This document shows positions 53,020 through 64,000 of a stretch of DNA of 64,000 nt, one piece after another. The notes beneath the pieces were generated by a model. That model was not told the DNA's origin, did no database searches, and saw nothing but the letters and a program-made list of their open reading frames with translations. Both the position numbers and the translations under genes were made by a program. Within the stretch, counting starts at the first letter, position 1, and the number at the start of each line of letters is the position of its first letter. This stretch comes from Octopus vulgaris (lineage: Eukaryota): positions 5,208,001 through 5,272,000 of the forward strand of contig OX597831.1 in NCBI GenBank assembly GCA_951406725.2, in the 5' to 3' direction.

Positions 53020-53155
53020 TCACGACAAATTGTTTCGTAACTTGAAAGCATGCAAATAATTTATATTGTATTTAATAATAAATAAATAAGATGTCTGCAT
53101 TAATGCAAAAACACCCTTCAAAATAATGCAGAATTTAAGCTACGTCCTCAGGTGA
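53020..53155 (-). ncRNA. Type I hammerhead ribozyme candidate with intact core and long stem II
   Basis: TCAC-CTGAGGA-C-GTAGCTT-(about 90 nt)-AAGTTAC-GAAA-CAAtTTG-TC-GTGA. Confidence 0.6.
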
Positions 53156-53214
53156 AAAAAAGTCTTTCATAAATACTTGGGTGAAACACAATATTATTTT
53201 TGTAGCAAGTTCCT

Positions 53215-53612
53215 ATTTTACTCTTTTACTTGTTTCAGCCATTTGACTGCGGCCATGCTGGAGTACTGCCTTTAGTCGAGCAAATCGACCCCAGGACTTA
53301 TTCTTTGCAAGTCTAGTACTTATTCTATTGGTCGCTTTTGCTGAACCGCTAAGTTACGGGGATGTAAACAAACCAGCATCGGTTGTCAAGCGATGTTGGG
53401 GGGGGGACAAACACAGACATACAAACACACACACACATATACATATACAAGACGGGCTTCTTTCAGTTTCCGTCTACCAAATCCACTCACAAGGTTTTGG
53501 TCGGCCCGAGGCTATAGTAGAAGACACTTGCCCAAGGTGTCACGCAGTGGGACTGAATCCGGAACCATGTGGTTGGTAAGCAAGCTACTTACCACACAAC
53601 CACTCCTGTGCC
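53215..53612 (-). mobile_element. SINE family C, full length
   Basis: Family match. Confidence 0.88.
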
Positions 53613-53779
53613 TAAAGAGACCAGACAAATGTGTCTTGATTAGTACTGTAGTCTTCATGTCAGAGAGAGAAAGAGAGAGAGAGAAAGTGTGTGTGTGTTA
53701 CTTGGGAACATGATACGTACCTACTGCAGAGAGCACAACATTAATAAGCAAAGTTAAGTATTACATTCACCCCAATGCC

Positions 53780-54068
53780 CAACTGAGGTTGATGTAATCT
53801 CGTTTTATCGATCTCCAAAAGAATGAAAAAGCAAAATCGACTCCGTCAGAATTTGAACTTAGAACGTAAAAACTGGAAAAGACGCCGCTAAGCATTTTGT
53901 CCGGCTTGTTAACGATTCTGCTTTGAACCAGAAAAAATATATTGGTTTCGAATATTGCCACAAGACCAGCATTTTGAGGAAGAAGGAAGTCGATTACATC
54001 GACCCCATTGCATAACCGGTACTTCATTTATCAAACCCAACAGGATAAAAAACAAAGTCGACCTCGGG
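53780..54068 (-). mobile_element. Decayed SINE family D copies
   Basis: Family match. Confidence 0.65.
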
Positions 54069-54125
54069 TTTCATATTTTCGCATATGACCAGTAATTTCG
54101 AGGGATGGATGAGTCGATTACATTA

Positions 54126-54396
54126 GGAGGAAGGAAGCACTCCGTCGGTTACGACGTCGAGGGTTCCGGTTGATCCGAATCAACGGAACAGCCTGCTCGT
54201 GAAATTGACGTGTAAGTGGCTGAGCACTCCACAGACACGTGTACCCTTAACGTAGTTCTCGGGGATATTCAGCGTGACACAGAGAGTGACAAGGCCGGCT
54301 CTTTGAAATACAAGGTACAACAGAAACAGGAAGTAAGAGTGAGAGAAAGTTGTGGTGAAAGAGTACAGCAGGGATCACCACCATCCCCTGCCGGAG
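54126..54396 (-). mobile_element. SINE family A, 5'-truncated
   Basis: Flanking repeat CGATTACATTA on both sides. Confidence 0.88.
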
Positions 54397-54438
54397 CGAT
54401 TACATTAAACTTAGTATTCAAATGGTACTTATTTTATC

Positions 54439-54815
54439 GAGGCGCAATGGCCCAGTGGTTAGGGCAGCGGAGTCACGGTCGGAGGATCGCGGTTTCGATT
54501 CCCAGACCGGGCATTGTGAGTGTTTATTGAGCGAAAACACCTAAAGCTCCACGAGGCTCCGGCAGGCAGTGGTGGTGAACCCTGCTGTACTCTTTCACCA
54601 CAACTTTCTCTCACTCTTCCTTCCAGTTTCTGTTGTACCTGTATTTCAAAGGGCCAGCCTTGTCACACTGTGTCACGCTGAATTTCCTCGAGAACTACGT
54701 TAAGGGTACACGTGTCTGTGGAGTGCTCAGCCACTTGCACGTTAATATCACGAGCAAGCTGTTCCGTTGATCGTATCAGCTGGGACCCTCGTCATCGAAA
54801 CCGACGGAGTGCTCT
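54439..54815 (+). mobile_element. SINE family A inserted into a SINE D (which resumes at 54830-54960)
   Basis: Flanking repeat TATTTTATCGA. Confidence 0.88.
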
Positions 54816-55676
54816 TACCTACTACTACTATTTTATCGAATCCCGAAAGTATGAAAGCCAAAGTCGACTTCGGCGGAATTTGAACGCAGAACGTCAAGAC
54901 TGATGGAATGCCGCTAAGTATTTTTCCCGGCATTCTAACGATTCTGCCAGCTCGTTGCCTTACCAAATATATTTATTACTCGGTATTTTCCATCGTTCTA
55001 ATGATTCTGCCAGCAAGAATTTCATAAAACATCGAGTAAAATTCATTCCAATCCACTTCTAATCATTTTCTCTCGAATTCTCTAAGGAGAGGCGAGGAAA
55101 CAGAAATCTAGAGGTCTTTTTGAAATATATGTACGGAGTTCAATCTCACTGACCGTTAGCGAGGTGGGGCCGCCGCGATAATGGCGAAAAGAAATTCCCA
55201 AAGAAACAAACAGAATTAAAAACTAAACAAGAAGCGTTTAAGACGGCATCGGAACTCGGGGAGTTGAAGATTCTTTTGGAAGTCATTAAAAACTCATAAG
55301 TTGATTTGGTAAGGAAAAATTAGGTACGTTGTAAAGTTTATCTGACACCTTCTGCCGCCACCGCCGCCGCCGACGGCATCGTCTCATACGCACAAATGAA
55401 TATTTTATTTTGTCAACGCCCATATCTACGTCTATACACATGCGCACGCATAAACACGCTAACGTGCATATATATGTATGTATATATATATTTGTGTGTG
55501 TGTGTGTGTAAATATATATGTGTATACGCATATATATATGTCAATGAATTCAGAGATACAAGTAGATTATATATACATGCGTTCATACATAAATGCACTC
55601 GAATATTTATGCACCAATACATACATACATACATACATACATACATACATACATACACACTATATGTATACATACA

Positions 55677-55720
<44 letters not shown>

Positions 55721-55868
55721 ACACACACATACACAGAAAGACACACACGAAAATACAAACATATACACACACATGTATATACAAACATATGCATATAACG
55801 TGTGTGCATACACACATATATGCGAATATACACACACATATACACATACATGCATATTTATATCTATA

Positions 55869-55931
<63 letters not shown>

Positions 55932-56782
55932 ATGCATAGATATATATGTGTGTATGTAAATCTACGTATGTATGTGTGTGTGTGTGTATGCATAGATATA
56001 TATGTGTGTATGTAAATCTACGTATGTATGTGTGTGTATGTATGTATATGCGTCTGCTTACACGCATATACCTATCTGCATATGTAGGCATATCTTTTTA
56101 TGTATAATGTATGTATTGAAATATGTTTATGTAGATGCTTTTTATGGGTGTGTACCTAAAGATATATATATATATACACACACACATATGTATATATATA
56201 TATATATATATGGTGGTGGGGTGTCTATGTATCGGTGTATCAGTAAAAATTACATGTCTGTATATAATTACCAATTCATGTATATATACATATGTATAAG
56301 TATTTATGTTATACATTTACATCACTTTATACACTAGCCATGCATCGCTATTTTCACCCCCGACCCCTCTCTCTGTGCCAGTGATCCTGCAGCTACAAGC
56401 ATATTTTTTCATCAACATATGTGAAATCTGATCGTATGTGAAGGCCTGTAAAGTTGACAACCTTCCCGACTGACTTCCCCTGGGCAGAGATTTGATTTTT
56501 TTTTATGTTAACGCAGAGATGCCACGGTGCGTGCGGGTTAACTCTTTTTCCCGCGATAGTCGTTATTAGCGAAAGGTTCAGAAGAATTTCTCTGTTATAG
56601 GTTTAGATATTGTGGCATAGTTATATGCACCACGTTTTGCCACCACGTTTTGCCACCACGTGTTTCCTGGTTCAGTCCCAGCTGTGTGACACCTTGGGCA
56701 ACAAGTTTTCTATTGTAGTCTCACACTGACCAACTGACTTACGAATAAATTTCGTCGTCAGAAACTCCATTGAAACCCGTCC

Positions 56783-56839
<57 letters not shown>

Positions 56840-56844
56840 TATAC

Positions 56845-57048
56845 ACTCTTTACTCTTACTCTTACTTGTATCAGTCATTTGACTGCGGCCATGCTGGAGC
56901 ACCGCCTTTAGTCGAGCAAATCGACCCCGGGACTTACTCTTTGTAAGCCCAGTACTTATTCTATCGGTCTCTTTTGCCGAACCGCTAAATGACGGGGACG
57001 TAAACACAACAGCATCGGTTGTCAGGCAATGCTAGGGGGACAAACACA

Positions 57049-57134
<86 letters not shown>

Positions 57135-57292
57135 CAGGCTTCTTTCCGTTTCCGTCTACCAAATCCATTCACAAGGCATTGGTCGGCCCGGGGCTATAGC
57201 AGAAGACACTTGCCCAAGATGCCATGCAGTGGGACTGAACCCGGAACCATTTGGTTGGTAAACAAGCTACTTACCACACAGCCACTCCTGCG

Positions 57293-57295
<3 letters not shown>
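56845..57295 (-). mobile_element. SINE family C, full length, young
   Basis: Family match. Confidence 0.9.
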
Positions 57296-57344
<49 letters not shown>

Positions 57345-57564
57345 TTCTTTTATACAATTTCAGATAGCTGACATTTGCGTGAGAGTCACTTGATGTGAAC
57401 GCCTTTTCATTTGCACGTACGATTTTTGGTTTCTTGGTAACGGTGTATCTCGAAGCAGATAAGGCTATAAATAATAGCGAGTAAATATCGAGTATATGTA
57501 GGCGCTGGCGAGGGTCAGGGTTGCATTTCATCATAGTGCTGCTAGTATGTGTGTGTGCATGTCA

Positions 57565-57606
<42 letters not shown>

Positions 57607-57752
57607 TCTTTTGTTTTTAACTATTAGAATTCTTCGTCTGAGGACGAATTGATTTCTAACAAAGACATAAAGCTCCATCGTTGGAATGTTGTTAACAAAA
57701 ACAATGTCACATCATAAACTTGAGAATATGTATGTATGCTTGTATGTATGTA

Positions 57753-58168
57753 TGTGGTAAGTAGCTTGCTAACCAACCACATGGTTCTGGGTTCAGTCCC
57801 ACTGCGTGGCATCTTGGGCAAATGTCTTCTGCTATAGCCCCGGGCCGACCAATGCCTTGTGAGTGGATTTGGTAGACGGAAACTGAAAGAAGCCCGTCGT
57901 ATATATGTATATATATATATGTATATATATATATGTATGTGTGTGTGTGTGTGTGTGTGTTTGTGTGTCTGTGTTTGTCCCCCTAGCATTGCTTGACAAC
58001 CGATGCTGGTGTGTTTACGTCCCCATCACTTAGCGGTTCGGCAAAAAGAGATCGATAGAATAAGTACTGGGCTTACAAAGAATAAGTCCTGGGGTCGATT
58101 TGCTCGACTAAAGGCGGTGCTCCAGCATGGCCACAGTCAAATGACTGAAACAAGTAAAAGAGAAAGAG
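57753..58168 (+). mobile_element. SINE family C, inverted relative to 56845-57295
   Basis: Family match. Confidence 0.9.
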
Positions 58169-58665
58169 AAATATCTCTTCTGTTTTTAGTTATTTAAATT
58201 ATTCTTCTGAGGAAGGGTTTGGCTTCTAACAAAGCCACATAACCCCATCGTTGGAATGTAGATAACAGCAACAATGCCACATAGTAAACTTAAGGAAAGT
58301 CTTGCATATTTTTACTGTTCCACTTAATTGTATTTGTAATGTTTATCTAGATTGTTCGTTGATTTCTGTTTCTGAGAAACCCTAAGTTTATTTAGATTGT
58401 CATTAAAGTATTTACTCACGAAACCAAATGGATATTTTATTTTTCGTCATCGATTAAAGAATGTTTTTGTCGATAGTTATTGACTAAAGATTTAATGACT
58501 ACAGCTAAAAGATTTGTGTGTGTGTGATGTGTAGGGGATGTATGTTCGTGTCACATGGGCAGCCATCACCTTTTGCCAAACCAAAGGGATTTTAAACTCG
58601 ATATTTACTCGCTATTATTTATAGCTTTATCTGCTTCGAGATACACCGTTACCAAGAAACAAAAA

Positions 58666-58900
58666 TACCTATTTCTTTTCTACCCACAAGGGGCTAAACA
58701 CAGAGAGGTCAAACAAGGACAGACAAAAGGATTAAGTCGATTATATCTACCCCAGTGCGTAACTGGTACTTATTTAATCGACCCCGAAAGGATGAAAGGC
58801 AAAGTCGACCTCGGCGGAATTTGAACTCAGAACGTAGCGGCAGACGAAATACTGCTAAGCATTTCGCCCGGCATGCTAACGTTTCTGCCAGCTCGCCACC
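58666..58900 (-). mobile_element. SINE family D, full-length tailed copy
   Basis: Matches 36645-36873. Confidence 0.88.
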
Positions 58901-59794
58901 TTAGCACTGCTTGATCTAGGAATCGAAACAGTGATATCACGATCTTGAATGCAACGTTCGAACCACTGGGCCACATGTTTTTATCTTATCACAGACATAG
59001 AAACATTTTATCACCCCATGATTCGATGGGTAGACGTAAACCAACCCCAGGAATAATAATAACTATTAATAAATCATATTATAATCTTGGTAAACCTTTG
59101 CAAACGTCAGTTTCATGCTGGAAAAAAAATAATTGAATCCCTCAGTTGTGAATCGAAGCACGTCTGCGGCCCAAAAATTGTCTTTTGATCCACAGATAGC
59201 ATTAAAGGCTTCGTTATAGTCATTCCAAAATACAAGACAAATCAGGAAAGGAATGCTGAGAAGTGAAAGCAAAAGAAGAAAAGAACCAACGCCTTAATTT
59301 GCACGTCAATCGGTTAATTCTTTAATTGGTGAATTACAGATTTGTTTGTATAAAAGCTCAACCACTTCCACCCACCCCACAACCGTTAGATCGCTCTTAT
59401 CACAACGATCTGACTTAGTATTTAGCTCGCTAAACACAGCATGCTGGCAATTTATTGCCTGTTTACGTACACAAATGAGTATACGGACCATAACACACAA
59501 TAACAAACATAAACGCGCACACACACACGCACACACACACACATATATACAGACGCTCGCGCGCGCGCAGCCGCCTACGCGAACGACAAACACGCTTTAA
59601 CAGGAGATATAAACATTCCTCATGCCACTTCCTCTCAGTCACTCCTAATCCAGGGATCGAACCCAGCATTGTAACCAATAGACAACTCAAAAGAAACACG
59701 TACACACACACACACACACACACATAGTAAATGGCCTTGTTACTGGTTCGAACATGCCTCTAGCATATTTGAACTGGTAACCACTTAATACAGG

Positions 59795-60430
59795 TCTATA
59801 TTTAAGAGATGAGGAATTATGTACATTATTTACATTTGACATTATTTACATTTGATGGATATCTGTCCTCATCTTGTTTGTTGTTAACACAACGTTTCGG
59901 CTGATATACTCTCCAGCCTTCTTCAGATGTCTTGGAGAAATTTCGAACCTGGGTTCTCATTCCTAAGTTATCTTTCGATATTATTATTATTATTATCATT
60001 CATGTAACTGCCTGGAATCGAACTCGGAATCTTGGGGTTAGTAGCCCGCACTTTTAACCACTACGCCATATTTTTATTTTATTTATGCGCCCTTTTCAAG
60101 CCTAGCCAGACTCATGGGCCCGGTTACCCGGTTACCCGGTTTCTATAGCATATGTGTTTCCCCAGTTGGACGAGACGCCAGTCCATCGCAGCGTTACTCA
60201 AGAAACAGGAAGAGTGAAAGTTGGGGTGAAAGAGTACAACAGGGGTCGCCACCACCCCCTACGGAGCATCGTGGAACTTTAGGTGTTTTCGCTCAATAAA
60301 CATACACAACACCCGGTGTGGGAATCGAAACCGCGATCCTCCCACCGCGAGTCCGCTGCCCTAACCACTGGGCCATTGCGCCTCCACACTACGCCATATG
60401 CCGGTGGGCATATGGCATAGTGGTAACGAC
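59795..60430 (-). mobile_element. Second copy of tRNA-headed HHR element H3 (HHR 59886-59931), head interrupted by a SINE
   Basis: GACAT-CTGAAGA-A-GGCTGgagagtatatCAGCC-GAAA-CG-TT-GTGTT; head-to-head junction CCATATGCC-ggtg-GGCATATGG at 60394-60415. Confidence 0.85.
60072..60386 (-). mobile_element. SINE with family A head and family B-like tail
   Basis: 13-bp TSD CACTACGCCATAT (60059-60071 / 60387-60399). Confidence 0.85.
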
Positions 60431-60822
60431 TTTATATTCACACACGTCACTGCTTAGCGCTTCAGTTCCATACTTGCACATGTCTATGCCTTTCATCTTT
60501 GACTTGTTTCAGTCACCAGGGATGCGGCCATTCTGGGACACTGCCTTGAAGGATTTTAGCCAAACACTTCGACCCAAGTATTTGTTAAGTCTGTTACCTC
60601 TTCTATTGTTTTTTTTTTCTTTGCCGAATCGTTAAGTTACGGGGATAGAAACAAACCAAGACCTGTTATCCAGCGATGGTGGTGATGGTGGAACACAATC
60701 ACACACACGCACACACAAGGCATTGGTCAGCTCGGGCTTATAGTAGAAGACATTTGTCCAAGGTACCACGCAGTGGGACTGATCCCAAAACCCCTTCCTT
60801 AAGAGTCGAGCTTCTGGATCGC

Positions 60823-61512
60823 TCGCGAAATTTTTTTCCTCAGGAGAGTTTCGGACCCCAGTTATGAACTCGTTTGCATACAGCCAATCAGATCTCAGCT
60901 ATCAAACTAGCGTCCACCTAGTCACGAAAATACTCTGGTTGAGTTCACAGGAAAATGTGCCTTATAGCAAAATCTAATTGATCTAAACGGGTTAATAGGG
61001 GTGACAAATGTGAAATTTAGTGTATAAAGGGAATGGAGAGCTGCTCACCGATGATGCCAGAAGTGTTGCCAATTTGCGTAATTTACTAGAAAATGTAAAT
61101 GAGTGTATTTTCCTAATTTTTTGACTGATTTTGTACATTCCTAATTTAAAATGTTGGTGCTGATCTGGAAACATCGTAATCAAAATGACGTTGGGTTGTA
61201 TTGTGCCCTCATTGGGTACATATGTATATGCAGTATTACTAATCTCAGTCTGAGCATAGGTACCTAAGGTTAGCTCCATATAGAGATGGTACTCAATTGA
61301 TCTATGAGGATAGTGTGGTGGGAGTGAGAATGTGATGCTTCTGTGAGACCTGCTATGCTGTATTCACAGAGTGACATACACCATTCTATGCCTGACTGGC
61401 TGCGCTGTAGTAGTACACGGTATGTGGATTTTCAAGGTGAGCTCTGACGGGCTGCATGCAAATGAATTCATTACTGGGGTCCGGAACTCTCGTGGGAAAA
61501 AAAATTCGCGGA
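60823..61512. mobile_element. Non-autonomous DNA transposon with about 75-bp imperfect TIRs
   Basis: CGCGAAATTTTTTTCC..GAGAGTT.CGGACCCCAGT.ATGAA.TC.TTTGCAT.CAGCC is mirrored at 61440-61510. Confidence 0.75.
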
Positions 61513-61714
61513 CTGCTCAAACATGCCTGTACTTATAGGGCTTCTGGACCAACAATAGGTTCTTGTCGAAGGTGGAACCCATGAAAAGTTCTGAGTTCAA
61601 TCCAGCAGGGTGTCGCGTTAACCCACTCTTATTTTCTATTGCCTAGGGACGGCCAGTATTTCGTGGGGGGAAACTGCATAGGAGACCATCGGGTGGATCG
61701 TATCCGTATCTTAT

Positions 61715-62070
61715 TTTTTATTTGTTTCAGTCATTAGACTGCGGCCATGCTGGAGCACTGCCTTCAAGAATTTTAGCTGAGCGAATGAACCCCAATAATT
61801 ATTTTTTATAAAGCCTAGTAATTATACAATAGACTCGCTCTTGCCTAACCGCTAAGTTATAGAGTCGTAAGAACATTAACATTGGTCGACAAGCGGTGGT
61901 GGGAGACAAACACGGGCACAAAGATACACACACATACGTATATGTGACGGGCTTCTTTTAGTTTCCGTTCCGTCCACAAAGCCCACTCACAAGGCTTTGG
62001 TTGGTTCGAAGCTATAGAAGACACTTGCTCAAGGATCCACGCAGAGAAACTGAACCTAGTACCTTGTTGT
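61715..62070 (-). mobile_element. SINE family C, decayed (another decayed copy at 60500-60800)
   Basis: Family match. Confidence 0.75.
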
Positions 62071-62141
62071 TTTGCCCCAAAATGCAAACATCTATTTCAA
62101 TAAATAGATAATTAGAAACAAGGAAAGCATGCACCACAAAG

Positions 62142-62432
62142 TGGAGGCACATGGCCGAATGGTTAGAGCAGCGGCCTCGCGGGTTCGAATCTCAGACCGG
62201 GCGATGTGTGTGTTTATGAGCGAAACACCTAAGCTCCACGCGGCTCCGGCAGAAGGTAATGGCGAAACTTCTGCTGACTTTTTCGCCACAACTTTCTCTC
62301 ACTCTTTCCTCCTGCATCTTGCAGCTCACCTGCGACGGACCGGCGTCCCGTCCAGGTGGGGAACCTATACGTTAAGGAAACCGGGAAACCGGCCCTTATG
62401 AGCCAGGCATGGCTCGAAGAAGGAACAAACAA
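62142..62432 (+). mobile_element. SINE family B
   Basis: Matches 25173-25450 and 46684-46983. Confidence 0.88.
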
Positions 62433-62827
62433 TGCAACACAGCACAAACCGGAGACCATCCTCCAATAGTCATATCATTCCGTCCTTTAAACATAACAAG
62501 AACAACAACAACAGCAATGGCGCCAGAATCTCAAGACGACAACGGCCCCACCACCACCACCACCACCACCAATACCAACGGTAATGACAATCCCAATAAA
62601 AACTATTGAGATTACAAATAATGAAAGAGAAAATAAGAGAGTGGAAATAGCGAATATGACAGGCAGGAGTGAAGTCGTATTTACACAAGGCACGTCTGAT
62701 TCCAGGGTCGTTGAGTACAAAACAATTGATATTTTTTACTGGGCATAACACGTACAAACAATAATACTAGTAATGGCCGAAGCACATACACATACGGAAA
62801 CCCCAAAACTAAGTATGTATGTATGCG

Positions 62828-62907
<80 letters not shown>

Positions 62908-63040
62908 CGTGTGTGAATATATATATATATATACACATACATACATACAGGTATACGTGTGTGTGTGTGCATATATGTATAAATATATATATACATACAC
63001 ACACATATATATATATAATACATACGTATGTGTGTGTGTG

Positions 63041-63077
<37 letters not shown>

Positions 63078-63097
63078 CATACGTATGTGTGTGTGTG

Positions 63098-63135
<38 letters not shown>

Positions 63136-63554
63136 TATATATAATACATACGTATGTGTGTGTGTATATATATATACACATATATATATATATAATACAT
63201 ATGTGTGTGTGTGTGTATATATACTTATTTATATATACATTTATATATACACATATATACACATATATACATACAAATGTGTGTGCGTGTAAGTATACGG
63301 GGAATGTTTAAATCCATAAGGAGACATAGATATGTAAGGCAGTCACAACATAGGACTTGTATTGGCTTCTTTTTTAATCTTGAGGAAACCCGACTTATCC
63401 CGATCTGAACACATCCTGTGTCGTCTACAGAAAATAAAAAAGAAAAGGGAGACAAAGGTGGGGAAGAATCGACCAAATATTGAACTGGTGGTTCATTTAT
63501 CGACTTTGAACATATGTGTACGTATGTATATATGTATGTATTTATATTTAGCTA

Positions 63555-63770
63555 TATGTTTGTGTGTCTGTGTTTGTCCCCCTAGCATTGCTTGACAACC
63601 GATGCTGGTGTGTTTATGTCCCTGTCACCTAGCGGTTCGGCAAAAGAGACCGATAGAATAAGTACTGGGCTTACAAAAGAATAAGTCCCGGGGTCGAGTT
63701 GCTCGATTAAAGGCGGTGCTCCAGCATGGCCGCAGTCAAATGACTGAAACAAGTAAAAGAGTAGAAGAGT
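63555..63770 (+). mobile_element. SINE family C, 3' half
   Basis: Family match. Confidence 0.85.
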
Positions 63771-64000
63771 ATATGTATATACATGTGTGTATGTGTGTGT
63801 ATGTGTGTGACTGTGTGTGTAATGTATGTATATGAAAGACAGGTTCTCCTTATGGCACCGTTAATGTTCCGTGATACCTTCAGGTCAGATTTGAACTAGA
63901 AAATTCCAGATGCTGTGGAGAAGAAAGATTGAGGGTGAAGGGTGATGGATGTACGGGACCATTCAGCTCCACGAAACAAAGGCAATTAGAATAGCGACAG

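Noticed and set aside
57630-58260. CTGAGGA motifs in the 115-bp diverged repeat as hammerhead cores
   Set aside because: No correctly placed GAAA or NUH strand was found.

Overview
Eukaryotic, AT-rich, repeat-saturated DNA with no recognisable host protein-coding exon. The tRNA-derived SINE repertoire and dense (TA)n/(CA)n/(GATA)n/(ATT)n tracts point to an Octopus genome (inference). Almost all ORFs in the track are translated microsatellites or SINEs. Supported content: about six SINE families, LINE remnants (Tx1/L1, RTE, CR1-like), a Penelope GIY-YIG fragment, Tc1 and mariner remnants, MITEs, Helitron-like elements and a U6 snRNA retrocopy. The main signal is a set of short non-autonomous elements carrying hammerhead ribozyme (HHR) motifs, mostly arranged as tandem or fold-back dimers. 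These include minimal type I HHRs, a tRNA-headed HHR element, an HHR with a very long stem II, and two related families whose three hammerhead strands lie in a non-circularly permuted (pseudoknotted) order. The permuted model is supported by a compensatory base change, and one insertion junction falls at the predicted cleavage site. All structures were read by eye; coordinates are approximate to a few bases and no activity or novelty has been verified.
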